This document shows positions 23,225 through 33,622 of a stretch of 64,000 nt of DNA, one piece after another. The stretch is from a virus. The translations under genes and the position numbers were made by a program. The notes under the pieces were generated by a model. It was not told the origin of the DNA, made no database searches, and was given only the letters and a program-made list of their open reading frames with translations. The stretch lies in IMG/VR virus record IMGVR_UViG_3300045988_125206. The stretch is one strand, 5' to 3'. The first letter of the stretch is position 1. Every line of letters starts with the position of its first letter.

Positions 23225-23671
23225 TTAAATTGTCAAATAGTTACCAGGTTTAATCTTGCCTGTTGCCAGATTATCTGCCAGCTCATTAAATGGATTTTTA
23301 GAGTGACCTTTTACTTTTACAAAAGTGACTTCAATCATTTTAGATACTTCAAAAAAAGCCTGCACAACTTCTAAATTCTCAGGCACTTTTCCATCTCCTT
23401 TAATCCATCCATTTCTTTCCCAATTATACATCCAGTTTGAAAAAGTATTAATTGCATATGCAGAATCAGAGTAAATTAATACATCTTCTTTAGCTAATAC
23501 TCCTTGACAGGCCGCATAAAGAATAGCTTTCATTTCCTGTTCATTATTAGTTGTATTATCCTGTCTACTGGAATATGTACTTAAAATATTACCTTCTGTA
23601 TCAACTTGAACAATTCCAAAGCCGCCTGGACCTGGATTTGGACTCGCAGAACCATCTGTATAAAATATCAT
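23225..23671 (-). CDS. rnhA: ribonuclease H (RNase HI)
   Basis: MIFYTDGSASPNPGPGGFGIV ... catalytic DSAY ... KGHS...NELAD. Confidence 0.85.
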   Translation of the reverse strand: MIFYTDGSASPNPGPGGFGIVQVDTEGNILSTYSSRQDNTTNNEQEMKAILYAACQGVLAKEDVLIYSDSAYAINTFSNWMYNWERNGWIKGDGKVPENLEVVQAFFEVSKMIEVTFVKVKGHSKNPFNELADNLATGKIKPGNYLTI

Positions 23672-23673
23672 AT

Positions 23674-23913
23674 TTACTCCTTTACTTCAATACCTGTATT
23701 ACATAAATCTCCAATTACATCATTATGTGGAAAACATTGCTGCCATAGTTTAAATTGTTCAGCGACAGTATCTATATCTAAGTCATATTTCATTACATCA
23801 AAATGTAAGATTACTTTATCCCCATCTTTTATAGGAGTTATTTTGGTAATTGCAGCCATATCTGGCTTCTGAGAAAAATCTCCAGCTAATTCAATTATCT
23901 TTTTTTCTTCCAT
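23674..23913 (-). CDS. hypothetical protein
   Basis: 79-aa ORF. Confidence 0.4.
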   Translation of the reverse strand: MEEKKIIELAGDFSQKPDMAAITKITPIKDGDKVILHFDVMKYDLDIDTVAEQFKLWQQCFPHNDVIGDLCNTGIEVKE

Positions 23914-24257
23914 TCTGTTACCTCTTTTAAAACTGTACGTTTTTCAACTTCAGTAATATAATTATCAAAATCATAATTATTTTCTTGCATTTCTGATAAA
24001 CTCTTATCATAGCAGACAGAGAAATATCGTCCATTAACACAAACAACTCCTTTTACCATTTGATACCATCTGCGAGCTTCATCATAATATATTACTTCTG
24101 ATAATTCAAGCTCCCATATAAGAAATTGAGTTATTGTATTATAATTATAAATTTTATTAAAATTATTTTTAGGTTTTCCCGCATCATACCATTTTAAAAA
24201 TTGGGATTCAAAGTGTTCTGACTCTTCTGGTATAAATTCAAATATTTTTGCTTCCAT
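23895..24257 (-). CDS. hypothetical protein
   Basis: 120-aa ORF. Confidence 0.4.
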   Translation of the reverse strand: MEAKIFEFIPEESEHFESQFLKWYDAGKPKNNFNKIYNYNTITQFLIWELELSEVIYYDEARRWYQMVKGVVCVNGRYFSVCYDKSLSEMQENNYDFDNYITEVEKRTVLKEVTEWKKKR

Positions 24258-24353
24258 TTAATAACCTCTTTAGCTTTTAAATATTCTTTCCACACTTTTG
24301 GAGTTACATGTATCCAGCCGTCTTCAACTCCAACGGCCAGATACATTGCATCA

Positions 24354-26252
24354 TTATACGTCAATATTTGCTCTCCACGCATTCTCTTCGATAAATTTCT
24401 TTCTATAAACAACTGATTCACCCATCAATCCCATGAAAGTTTTAGCAGCTTCTTCTGCGTCTTCCATACATATCTGTTTAAGAGTTCTGGTTTCTGGATT
24501 CATAACTGTTTCAGCCATTTCGGACGGGTCCATCTCGCCAAGACCTTTCATACGACCCAGCTCAAAAGATTTTTTAGCTGTTCTTCTAAACTCTTCAAGA
24601 GCCGCATCATCTTTCAGATAAGTAATCTTAGTTCCCTGTGTAACTTTATAAAGTGGAGGAACAGCTGCAAAAATATATCCATCTTCAATTAACTGTGGAG
24701 CAAATTTCCAAATGAAGGTTAAAAACAATGCTCTAATGTGGCTACCATCAACATCCGCATCGGCTGTAATAACAATTTTACCGTAACGCAATTTATCTTT
24801 ATTTACAATTACTTTTCCATCCTTAATTTCAAGTCCAAAAGCAGTAATCATACCATCAATCTCTGCGTTCTTTAACGCCTTCGCAAGGTCTGCCTTCAAT
24901 ACGTTAAGAATCTTTCCTCTTACGGGGAATACAGCCTGGGTAGCTCTATCTCTGGCTTCTTTTGTTGAACCGGCCGCAGATTTTCCCTCTACAATAAATA
25001 CTTCACAAGAAGCTCTATTTCGAGAACTTGCATCTGCTAATGTACCAGGCATTACTGCTCTTTTCTTAACATCTGCTTTACGAACTGTCTCTTTAGCTTT
25101 TTTAGCTTTTTCCCTTGCGGCACGTGCTAATAAAGCCTTATTAATAATTGCTTTTGCATCATTAGGATGACTTTCAAGCCAAATTGCAATCTCTTTTGAT
25201 ACCAGCTTCTGGACCATTGTACGTCCTTCACTTGAATCAAGTTTCTCTTTTGTCTGACCAGAAAAGACTGGGTCTGGCATCACAAAAGAAAGAACTAATA
25301 CAAGACCTTCTTTTAACTCATCACCTACGATATTAGAATCCTTTTCTTTAAGAAGTTTATTCTCTCTCGCATAATTATTAATTGCAGAAGTTAATGCAGT
25401 TCTAAATCCAGTAAGATGAGTTCCAGCTGTATTTGGAATTGAGTTTGTATATAATTTATAAGTATCAGTATAACTATCGTTATACAACATTGCTAATTTT
25501 ACACCAATTCTATCTTCGGAAGCTTCGGCATAAAAAACAGATGTAATAGTATTTTTCTTTTTATTCAAATCTTGAATATAATCCAGAATACCATTCTGAG
25601 AAACAATTACATCTTCAGCTTTGTCTTTATATTTTAATGTAAAAGTTAATCCAGGAGAAAGATATGCTAATTCCTGAATCTGTCTTTTTAAATTATCATA
25701 ATCAAGTGAGATTCCCTCTTTAAAAATCTCAATATCAGGATGAAAAGTAATAGTTGTTCCAGTATCCTTTTCCGCATACTTTTCAACTTTAAAATCTTTT
25801 CTATCACCTTTTTCAAATATCATTGTTGCAATTTTACCATCTCTTTTGGAAGTGACAATAAATTTATCTGACAATGCATTTGTTGCTTTTGCACCAACAC
25901 CATTCATACCACCAGATGTATTATATCCAGTTTTACCAGAACTATCAAATTTAGCTCCTGTATGAAGTTTAGTAAAAATATTTTCAAGAGTTTCTGAACC
26001 GTCTGCAGCTTTTCCAAAAGGAACACCACGTCCATCATCAGAAACTTTTACCATATCATCTTCTGTTACTTCAATATTACACTTTGTACAATATCCGTTT
26101 AAATACTCATCAATTACGTTAGAAATAATTTCAAGAGTAATATGTCTAACTCCATCTGGTCCGATTGAGCCGATATACATGCCAGGTCTAAGCCTGATGG
26201 CTTCGATACCTTCCAAAGTTTTTATGTCTTTTACACCATAATTCTCAGACAT
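24354..26252 (-). CDS. DNA topoisomerase II / gyrase B-like subunit (GHKL ATPase plus TOPRIM)
   Basis: N-terminal LEGIEAIRLRPGMYIGS. ATP lid GGMNGVGA. TOPRIM EVFIVEGKSAAGS...ITADADVDGSHI. Confidence 0.9.
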   Translation of the reverse strand: MSENYGVKDIKTLEGIEAIRLRPGMYIGSIGPDGVRHITLEIISNVIDEYLNGYCTKCNIEVTEDDMVKVSDDGRGVPFGKAADGSETLENIFTKLHTGAKFDSSGKTGYNTSGGMNGVGAKATNALSDKFIVTSKRDGKIATMIFEKGDRKDFKVEKYAEKDTGTTITFHPDIEIFKEGISLDYDNLKRQIQELAYLSPGLTFTLKYKDKAEDVIVSQNGILDYIQDLNKKKNTITSVFYAEASEDRIGVKLAMLYNDSYTDTYKLYTNSIPNTAGTHLTGFRTALTSAINNYARENKLLKEKDSNIVGDELKEGLVLVLSFVMPDPVFSGQTKEKLDSSEGRTMVQKLVSKEIAIWLESHPNDAKAIINKALLARAAREKAKKAKETVRKADVKKRAVMPGTLADASSRNRASCEVFIVEGKSAAGSTKEARDRATQAVFPVRGKILNVLKADLAKALKNAEIDGMITAFGLEIKDGKVIVNKDKLRYGKIVITADADVDGSHIRALFLTFIWKFAPQLIEDGYIFAAVPPLYKVTQGTKITYLKDDAALEEFRRTAKKSFELGRMKGLGEMDPSEMAETVMNPETRTLKQICMEDAEEAAKTFMGLMGESVVYRKKFIEENAWRANIDV

Positions 26253-26302
26253 ATAAATCTCCTTTCAGCTTTAAAATCATCATTTTTTCTTATCATATAT
26301 AT

Positions 26303-26331
26303 ATTATAGCATAAAAAAATAATAAAATCAA
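26303..26331 (-). promoter_or_regulatory. consensus promoter copy upstream of the gyrB-like gene
   Basis: Minus strand reads TTGATTttattatttttttatgcTATAAT. Confidence 0.65.
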
Positions 26332-26365
26332 TTCTTAAAATTTTAGTTACGGTCAAAAAAAAATA

Positions 26366-26398
26366 CCCTAAAAGAGAAAATCTTCTCTTTTAGGGTTA
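26366..26398 (-). terminator. rho-independent terminator after the holin gene
   Basis: CCCTAAAAGAGAA-aatc-TTCTCTTTTAGGG, then a T9 run on the minus strand. Confidence 0.7.
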
Positions 26399-26406
26399 AA
26401 AATCAA

Positions 26407-26808
26407 TTATCCTTTAGCTTTATCTTCGTCAATTTGACGCATTGCTGCTTCATATGTAATACCACCTGCGGTATTCTCTTTTGCGGACTTCAATGCATAG
26501 ACCGCATATCCTACAACCTCACTCACGACTGCACCTATTAATGCGACTAATGGAGTGAAATCTGGATTCGCCATGGTAAGAGTTGTTAAATCAAGACTTT
26601 TTAAAGTTACAAAGCCTGTGAAAAGTTCTATAATTGTGCAATTTATAAACAAGAAAAGAATAAGGAGTTTTGAAGTAGATATTTTAGGAAGGAATTGTTT
26701 TTTAAATTCTCTTTTTTCTTGTTTTAATTTATATTTTCTTTCAAGAACTTCTTTTTCTCTTTGCCAGCGATGTTCTTTGATAGTTATTTCACGTTCTTCT
26801 TTAGTCAT
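26407..26808 (-). CDS. putative holin
   Basis: Hydrophobic TM segments with a charged N-terminal region. It lies immediately upstream of the endolysin gene and has a terminator downstream. Confidence 0.5.
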   Translation of the reverse strand: MTKEEREITIKEHRWQREKEVLERKYKLKQEKREFKKQFLPKISTSKLLILFLFINCTIIELFTGFVTLKSLDLTTLTMANPDFTPLVALIGAVVSEVVGYAVYALKSAKENTAGGITYEAAMRQIDEDKAKG

Positions 26809-26810
26809 AA

Positions 26811-28538
26811 TTATTTACGTAAATATGTGCTTGAAGCAAATCCTGTATAAGTTACGTTCTTATATGTGAATTGGACATAGAGCCATTTACAACCATTGCT
26901 AACTGAGTAATATCCATAATTAGCTACTTTTGTTCCTTTTGGAATTGTAACCATAAGAGCTTTAGATGTGCCTGCTCCATGGCGGATATTTAAATCAGCT
27001 GTTGTGCGATATGTACCTGCAAGAGATTTATTAAATCCAGTTGCGCCCTCTTTTGCAGTCATATTTTTACTACTGGATGGTTTTGGTTTAGTAGCTGTAG
27101 GAGCTTTCTTTTTAGCTACATATGAATAATAAGTTTTAGTAGAATTAGAAGTATAAGCATAGCCACATGAAGCACCTGGCCATACAATCTTATACCAACC
27201 ATTAGATAAAATCTCTAATACTTCTACTTTAGTTCCTTTGGAAATAGTTCCATAAGAAGAGCTATTTGTATTGGAGTTACTTCTAATATTCATTTCAGTT
27301 TTTGCAGTTGCAGTACCAATTCCTTTTCCAACATAAGCAGTATTAGTTTTTGCTGGAGCTGGGCTTGGTTGTGGTGAGTTAGAATTAGCTGCTAAACGTC
27401 CTCTTGTAACATTTGTTGCTGTATGATGAGCATCATTAAGTAAAACATCTCCAGGAAGTAAATAATCATATCCAGAAAGATATTTATCTGCGGTTAAAAC
27501 AGTAAATCCAGCAGCCTTGAAAGCAGCTCTCATATCGCCTGTATAAGTTGCACGAATATTTTGTAAAGCTGGAATACCAAGTAAATATCCTACTGCTCTA
27601 ATATTAGCAATTACACCTGCAGAACAGTCTGCTTCACATGCAATAGTAATTTGAGCAGGGTCATAATTAGATGCTTTTAAATGAGCCCAATAGGTATCTC
27701 TTTCATATTGGTCATAACCAACTAAATCATTAAGAGCTGCGGCACAGCTTAATTCAGCCATTTTTTGACCAACTCTTGGGTCTTTTTCATATCTTAATAC
27801 ACAATTCCATGGTCTATTATACCAAGAACGTAAGTACCATTCTCTACCAGTCTGGTCACCAGCTCTTCCGCTATGATATCCACCATTTTCATCTGAACCT
27901 GAATTAGAAATATAGTGAGTACCAGTAGAATTAATATATTTATTATAATTTGCCACTATTGAGTTTCCTCCTTTATTAGATGCATATGCATCATAATACT
28001 TCTGACCATATTTAGCTCTTGTTATTTTAACAGTTTCACCTGTATTAGCAGGACATTCAAAACGAGTTAAAACCATATCAGAAGCTTGTCTTACACTTAT
28101 TGCATTTTTTAAAGTTGATAAAACTGTAGAATAATTATTTTTTAATTCAGTTATAAGCCATTGCAATTGAATTAATTCATTGCCAATAGAAGCTTGTTTC
28201 ATTTTTGCTAAATCATATAATCCTGCTTTACGACCTGGACTTGTCCATTGACAAAGCCCATATCCATATTGCTTATTAGGCAGTGGATGTAAAAAAGTTT
28301 CTCTTGAAATTGTTCCATTATCAACTGCCGCAGTATAAGTAGAATCATTCCATACTTGACCATGTTCTTTTAGTCTATTTAAGCATAAAACTTCTACTCT
28401 ATTTGGAATCATACCAGACTCAGCATAGATGTTACCCATTAATCCAGCAACACCATATGGATTATTAATTTCTTTAATTAGATAATCCCAAATATTTTTT
28501 TCTATTGAAGCCATATTTATATAAACCTCCTCTTCCAA
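26811..28538 (-). CDS. endolysin / peptidoglycan hydrolase with C-terminal SH3b-like cell-wall-binding repeats
   Basis: N-terminal GVAGLMGNIYAESG resembles a phage lysozyme/glucosaminidase domain. Two C-terminal SH3b-like modules (YKIVWPGASCGYAY and GCKWLYVQFTYKNVTYTGFA). Confidence 0.7.
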   Translation of the reverse strand: MEEEVYINMASIEKNIWDYLIKEINNPYGVAGLMGNIYAESGMIPNRVEVLCLNRLKEHGQVWNDSTYTAAVDNGTISRETFLHPLPNKQYGYGLCQWTSPGRKAGLYDLAKMKQASIGNELIQLQWLITELKNNYSTVLSTLKNAISVRQASDMVLTRFECPANTGETVKITRAKYGQKYYDAYASNKGGNSIVANYNKYINSTGTHYISNSGSDENGGYHSGRAGDQTGREWYLRSWYNRPWNCVLRYEKDPRVGQKMAELSCAAALNDLVGYDQYERDTYWAHLKASNYDPAQITIACEADCSAGVIANIRAVGYLLGIPALQNIRATYTGDMRAAFKAAGFTVLTADKYLSGYDYLLPGDVLLNDAHHTATNVTRGRLAANSNSPQPSPAPAKTNTAYVGKGIGTATAKTEMNIRSNSNTNSSSYGTISKGTKVEVLEILSNGWYKIVWPGASCGYAYTSNSTKTYYSYVAKKKAPTATKPKPSSSKNMTAKEGATGFNKSLAGTYRTTADLNIRHGAGTSKALMVTIPKGTKVANYGYYSVSNGCKWLYVQFTYKNVTYTGFASSTYLRK

Positions 28539-28585
28539 AATATCTTCTTCAAAGGTTTTTACATGTTTCCATTATAAATAAAAAA

Positions 28586-28613
28586 ACCAGAAGAGATATT
28601 AATCTCTTCTGGT
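28586..28613 (-). terminator. rho-independent terminator after the phoH-like gene
   Basis: ACCAGAAGAGAT-atta-ATCTCTTCTGGT plus a T7 run on the minus strand. Confidence 0.7.
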
Positions 28614-28618
28614 TTATA

Positions 28619-29866
28619 TTACATTCTTTCTGCAATTTTAGCAATTTTAGAACGATGAATCATTTTTAATTCAATTTCGCCATATATATCTTCGCCTCTA
28701 TAGACCTTTGATACTCGTCTCATACCATTATTATTTCCAGCAAATGCGATGTCATCAACTTGTGTTTTTTCATCTCCATCTATAATACATATACTATCTT
28801 CACCAATTCTTTGTAGTGCAAGCTTCATAAGTGTAATATCAAGGTTTTGAGCTTCTGAAATATATATCCCAGCATTCATTCCAGTAGTGTCATAACCTCT
28901 AATATCAGAAAATGGAAGTAAAACAATTTGCTCTTCATCCATTAATCTTTCTAATTCAATTCTACTTCCTATTTTACTTGCAAGAACATTTCCAATTTGT
29001 GAATCTAAAAGTTTTTCATCTTTAGTACCTGGTAAATATCCTAATTTAGCAGAATTTTTTGTAGCAACTGTATTACAGAAAATAATAATCTTATCAATCT
29101 TACCACGCTCTAATTGGCTCATTAGGTATCCAAGAGATAGGTATGTTTTACCTGAGCCCGCAGGTCCTTTTACCAGAGTTATTTTATTATTTGTAAAGCT
29201 ATCTGCGACAAGGGTCTGATAAATATCTCCTTTAAGTGGTTTAACTTCACCAAACCATTTAGAATTAAAACTTCTAAATTGAGTATGACGATATTCAGAA
29301 CCTGTCCATACGGCAGAATCAACTGGTTTTCCATCTTTATTCTTTACAATAATATATTCATTTACTTTTAAATCATAAATATTCTCAGTAGGATTAGAAT
29401 AAAAATCAGACATCATTTCATCATCCATTATAATCTCTTTATATCCACTATAGTCATCTTTTGGAGGATATATAGACATAATACATTGCACTGGTAAAAA
29501 TGCGGTAGCTGTAACTTTTAAAGTTAAATCATTCGTTACAAAGAAAAAATTTTCTCTTTCGCTTATTTTTAAATTATTAAAATAAGAATATGCGGTTGCT
29601 AAAATTTTAATATCATTATTTATTTCAAATCCTTTTTCAGTAAAAGGATAAATAAAAAATGTTTTATATAATACAACTTCATATTTTGCGGGATTCGCAT
29701 TTAAAAAAGATAGGATTTTTCTTGCAATATATTTAACTTCAGAATCTTTAGAAGTTGATGTTTTAATCTTCTCAAGTTCCGCTAATGTAATAGAAGATAT
29801 GATGAACTTCTCTTCTGGCATAGTTTCAAAGTTATCTAATAATGCACATGTGTCATAAAATTTCAT
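28619..29866 (-). CDS. phoH: PhoH-like ATPase with N-terminal PIN domain
   Basis: LVKGPAGSGKTYLSLG Walker A. PhoH C-terminal region. PIN-like N-terminus. Confidence 0.85.
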   Translation of the reverse strand: MKFYDTCALLDNFETMPEEKFIISSITLAELEKIKTSTSKDSEVKYIARKILSFLNANPAKYEVVLYKTFFIYPFTEKGFEINNDIKILATAYSYFNNLKISERENFFFVTNDLTLKVTATAFLPVQCIMSIYPPKDDYSGYKEIIMDDEMMSDFYSNPTENIYDLKVNEYIIVKNKDGKPVDSAVWTGSEYRHTQFRSFNSKWFGEVKPLKGDIYQTLVADSFTNNKITLVKGPAGSGKTYLSLGYLMSQLERGKIDKIIIFCNTVATKNSAKLGYLPGTKDEKLLDSQIGNVLASKIGSRIELERLMDEEQIVLLPFSDIRGYDTTGMNAGIYISEAQNLDITLMKLALQRIGEDSICIIDGDEKTQVDDIAFAGNNNGMRRVSKVYRGEDIYGEIELKMIHRSKIAKIAERM

Positions 29867-30111
29867 TCGTCTTCCTCTTCTTCCTCTGGTTCATTATTTT
29901 GTACTACAAACCCGATAGCGTGTGTATTTTCTGGCTCAAGTTCTTCTGCCATCTTTTGGATTTGTATATTATATTTAGAAATTGTCATGTTTAGTTTACC
30001 TTTGGCAACCTCTAAAGCAGTGACAATTACTATTGTTAGAGCCTCTATTACAGGAATTATTAATTCAATAAAAATTATTCCTAAAATAAAAAATATTAAG
30101 TTTTGAATCAT
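29863..30111 (-). CDS. small membrane protein
   Basis: Two hydrophobic helices and an acidic C-terminal tail. Confidence 0.4.
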   Translation of the reverse strand: MIQNLIFFILGIIFIELIIPVIEALTIVIVTALEVAKGKLNMTISKYNIQIQKMAEELEPENTHAIGFVVQNNEPEEEEEDE

Positions 30112-30157
30112 TCGTTCCTCCTTTTTAACTCCTTATATATATTTGAAAATAGAGAGA

Positions 30158-30616
30158 TTAAATTGAAGGTTTTTGTCCTACATCGTCCTTCTTTGTTCTA
30201 TTGGCTCTAATTTTTTGATAGAATTTTTCTTTTTCAGAAATATACTGTTTAAGTTTTTGCTTAGTATGAGTCAGCAAATCACGAACTGTATCTAAGTCAG
30301 ATTCTACTTGATAGAAGTTTCTCTGCAAAGACCTATTTTCGTAAGATTTTGGATTAAACTTTTTACTATATTTCATTTCATCCATCACTTTTTTTAATGC
30401 TTTAAAAGCTGGCTTTAATTCATTATCACGAATATGAGTATAATATTTAATCTCTGCTCTCCATAAAGCAATTTGATACCCAGTCTTTTCATTAGCCATA
30501 TCCATATCATCTGGATGTACACTGGCAATACCAGTAAATATATTATTTCCATCTGCTAAAATGCAAGTTGCAGTTTTAGTAGTATCATCCCAGTAGAACT
30601 TAGGTTCTTGTTTCAT
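30158..30616 (-). CDS. hypothetical protein
   Basis: 152-aa ORF with a consensus promoter upstream. Confidence 0.45.
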   Translation of the reverse strand: MKQEPKFYWDDTTKTATCILADGNNIFTGIASVHPDDMDMANEKTGYQIALWRAEIKYYTHIRDNELKPAFKALKKVMDEMKYSKKFNPKSYENRSLQRNFYQVESDLDTVRDLLTHTKQKLKQYISEKEKFYQKIRANRTKKDDVGQKPSI

Positions 30617-30774
30617 ATCAAGTCCTCCTTATATTATATAAAAATATTATATCACAAAAATAAGGGAAAATCAAAAAGGGGACATTTTGCTAAAAAAAAT
30701 TGGTGGGTGCGATTTTTAAGCGGCAACGACCGCTGAGGGCGCCTACGAGCCCGAATTTTCTGGCACAAAAAAAA

Positions 30775-30796
30775 ATAGAGTCTTTTAAGACTCTAT
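30775..30796. terminator. bidirectional terminator hairpin
   Basis: ATAGAGTC-ttttaa-GACTCTAT, flanked by an A9 run upstream and a T-rich tract downstream. Confidence 0.6.
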
Positions 30797-31171
30797 TTCA
30801 TCTTTTCGTTTGGGTTCCCAGTTTTCAAATTCATCCCAGCCCGCAAACCAGTATCCTAAATTTTCTTCAGTATAAGATTTAAAGGGACAACCAAATCTTC
30901 CAAATACTTCATTATTTTCATTTGGTTCTCTGATAAATTTAGAATTTAAAATACAAGGACAATTTTTCTCAACCCATTCTTTTGGAGCTGTAACGCAATA
31001 ATTTAATGACATATCAATTATTGTTTCAACTACAATAATTTTATTTTCAATTAACCATTGTTCATTTCTAAAGTTTAAATTATCAACATCTAACCAAGTA
31101 TCAAATGGTTCGCAATCTGGACAATCTCTTCCTGGACTCCAATCATTAACTTCAAAATAAATAATTTCCAT
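30785..31171 (-). CDS. hypothetical protein
   Basis: 128-aa ORF. The terminator hairpin overlaps its stop codon. Confidence 0.45.
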   Translation of the reverse strand: MEIIYFEVNDWSPGRDCPDCEPFDTWLDVDNLNFRNEQWLIENKIIVVETIIDMSLNYCVTAPKEWVEKNCPCILNSKFIREPNENNEVFGRFGCPFKSYTEENLGYWFAGWDEFENWEPKRKDEIES

Positions 31172-31223
31172 ACTTAATCCTTTCTATAAAAAAAGGAGAG
31201 GCTTTAAAGCCCCTCCCCAGAAA

Positions 31224-32756
31224 TTACTCCTCAGTCGGAGCAACAACTGTATCAGCGTTAATAGTTACGCCTTTGTTTGCGGCTAAGTTACCACCCATAA
31301 AACCAGCCAGAAGAGTCTTCAGGTCGATTCCAAGAGATTCGCTCAGCCCTTCAGATACCTGAGTTACATTGGTCATGATGTCGCCGGCAAGCTTAGAGGT
31401 GTCTCCACCAAACATCATAATCTTATCAACATTTGTGTATCCCTTACCAACAGCTTCAGCAATTGCCGGTAACTGCTCGAAATATACTTTCAGTGCCTGT
31501 AACTGCATATCCTGTTTAGCAGCTTCACCATACTGCTTCATAGCCTCTGCCTTCTTCTGAAGACCTTCAGCCTCAGCTTCAAGTTTAGCTCTAATAGCAG
31601 CAGCTTCTGCTTCACCTTTTGCCTGAGCTGCAGCTGCATCAGCTTCACCCTGTGCTTTTACGGCTTCTGCAAGAGCTTTTTTAGCATCTGCATCTCTCTG
31701 TGCTTCTGCAAGAGCAGCTTCTGCCTGTTTTGTTCTCTCAAACAACTCAGCCTCAGATTTCTTCTGAGTCTCATACAGTTTAGCATCTGCTCTCTGCTGT
31801 ACTGCATACTTCTCAGCTTCAGCAGTTTTCTTAACTTCAGCTTCCAGAGCACGCTCTTTGATAGCAACTTCTCTTTCTTTTAACTCAATCTGTTTTTCCT
31901 GACGAGCAATATCTGCTTCAGTAGCAGCAACGTCTCTTAACTGACGCTGTTTCTCTTCCTCAATTGCCTGTGCCGCATTAGCCTGAGCTTTTGCAGTATC
32001 AGCAGTCTTTTTGAGGTCTGCCTGCTTCATTTCAAACTCGTTGTTACGAACTGCGATTTCCTCAGCTGCCTGAACTTTAGCATCATTAGATTTCTTTGCG
32101 TTGGCTGCTTCAGCAACAGCGATTTCTCTCTGTGCATCAGACTTAGCGATTGCCGCATTCTTTCTAATCTGCTCAACGTTATCAATACCTAAGTTATCAA
32201 TAACGCCGCCCTCATCAGAAAAGTTCTGAACATTAAAGGAAACAAGCTCAAGTCCGAATCTGGCAAGATCAGGAACTACATTCTGCTGAACTTTTTCGCT
32301 AAACGCTTTTCTATCAGATACCATTTCAGTCAGCTTCATCTGACCAACGATCTCACGGATGTTACCTTCCAGGAGGTCATTAACTCTTTCTGCAATTACT
32401 TCACGTTTAACATTCAAGAAGTTCTGAGCCGCAAGTGCAATCATTTCATCAGTTCTTCCAACCTGTACAGAAACAGTAGAATCAACTTTTACGTTGATGT
32501 ACTCTGCTGTTGGAACAGCGGTACGAGTTTTTACATCAATCTGAATCGCACCAAGAGACAACTTATCAAGTTTCTCAAAGAAAGGAATCTTAATACCAGA
32601 TTTACCGATCAAGATTCGAGGTTTCTTGTGCGGACCAGAGATGATATAAGCTACATCCGGTGAGGACTTTACATATCCTGTTGCAAGGATTACAATCAAC
32701 GCCACTGCAATGATAATTACAGGGATAAATGGAAGAATTGAACTTAAAATATTCAT
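31224..32756 (-). CDS. flotillin / SPFH (band-7) domain membrane protein
   Basis: N-terminal TM helix, SPFH domain and a long Ala/Glu/Lys coiled coil (like FloT/YuaG). GC content and codon usage are clearly higher than in neighbouring genes. Confidence 0.85.
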   Translation of the reverse strand: MNILSSILPFIPVIIIAVALIVILATGYVKSSPDVAYIISGPHKKPRILIGKSGIKIPFFEKLDKLSLGAIQIDVKTRTAVPTAEYINVKVDSTVSVQVGRTDEMIALAAQNFLNVKREVIAERVNDLLEGNIREIVGQMKLTEMVSDRKAFSEKVQQNVVPDLARFGLELVSFNVQNFSDEGGVIDNLGIDNVEQIRKNAAIAKSDAQREIAVAEAANAKKSNDAKVQAAEEIAVRNNEFEMKQADLKKTADTAKAQANAAQAIEEEKQRQLRDVAATEADIARQEKQIELKEREVAIKERALEAEVKKTAEAEKYAVQQRADAKLYETQKKSEAELFERTKQAEAALAEAQRDADAKKALAEAVKAQGEADAAAAQAKGEAEAAAIRAKLEAEAEGLQKKAEAMKQYGEAAKQDMQLQALKVYFEQLPAIAEAVGKGYTNVDKIMMFGGDTSKLAGDIMTNVTQVSEGLSESLGIDLKTLLAGFMGGNLAANKGVTINADTVVAPTEE

Positions 32757-32804
32757 GTACTTAACTCCTTTTTCTCATATAATAATTTATTTAATTTTCA
32801 AGGT

Positions 32805-33074
32805 TCAACAATGATACTCATATTTCACTAACCAATATTCTTTGCCATCTTCTTTATAAAGAACAGCATGGTCATCATATGACGTTGTTACCAAACTTTT
32901 AAGTTTTTGAACAGCTTCATTTTTATTTCTATAAACTGCATTTTTATGAAAAGTTAAATTTCCATGATACCCACTTGATTCTTGCGGGTCATAAGCAAAA
33001 CTGTTTAAATCTCGTAAAATTTGGGATTCTTTTGTAGAGCTATCATAACTCTTATACCCAATTAAATGGCTCAT
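32805..33074 (-). CDS. hypothetical protein
   Basis: 89-aa ORF. Confidence 0.4.
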   Translation of the reverse strand: MSHLIGYKSYDSSTKESQILRDLNSFAYDPQESSGYHGNLTFHKNAVYRNKNEAVQKLKSLVTTSYDDHAVLYKEDGKEYWLVKYEYHC

Positions 33075-33622
33075 AGCATATCTTTACACTCCTCATATTT
33101 ATTTTTTATATCTTCAATAACCGTATCAAGTGAAACTGGATAACAGTTATGAGAATCAACTCCTACATGATACATGAAAAAATTATCTTCATAAAAATTA
33201 ACATTTTGATGTGTATGACCAAATAAGTTTAAAGTCATATGATGTAATCCTGAATCATCAACATTACCAGTTAATGTTGGATAATGACTCATATAAAAAT
33301 TATATTTTTTATATTTTAAAATTGTTGAATATCCAAGGCATTCAAGACCATTTTCTTTATAAAGATTAACTCTTGTATTTGTATCATGGTTTCCAATGAT
33401 AAAATACTTTTTACCATTCAGCCGTTTTAAACATTCGAGTCCATGTTCATTATCTTTCAGCATTAAGTCGCCTAAGATATACACTTCATCTTCTGGCTGT
33501 ACCAGCTCATTCCATCTTCTAATAATTTCTTCATCATGGTCAATAATATTCGGAAAACCTCTTGGTTCGTAAATAAAAGACTTATCATGACGAAAATGAA
33601 GATCTGAAGTCACATAAATCAT
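33071..33622 (-). CDS. calcineurin-like metallophosphoesterase, candidate phosphatase partner of the adjacent Pnk-like kinase
   Basis: SDLHFRHD ... GDLM ... GNHD motifs. Its start overlaps the kinase stop (ATGA). Confidence 0.8.
   Translation of the reverse strand: MIYVTSDLHFRHDKSFIYEPRGFPNIIDHDEEIIRRWNELVQPEDEVYILGDLMLKDNEHGLECLKRLNGKKYFIIGNHDTNTRVNLYKENGLECLGYSTILKYKKYNFYMSHYPTLTGNVDDSGLHHMTLNLFGHTHQNVNFYEDNFFMYHVGVDSHNCYPVSLDTVIEDIKNKYEECKDML

Noticed and set aside
30700-30770. GC-rich segment GGTGGGTGCGATTTTTAAGCGGCAACGACCGCTGAGGGCGCCTACGAGCCCGAATTTTCTGGCACA as a tRNA
   Set aside because: It could not be folded into a cloverleaf on either strand (no T-arm, no complementary acceptor). 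It is kept only as a weak relative of the conserved GC-rich elements.
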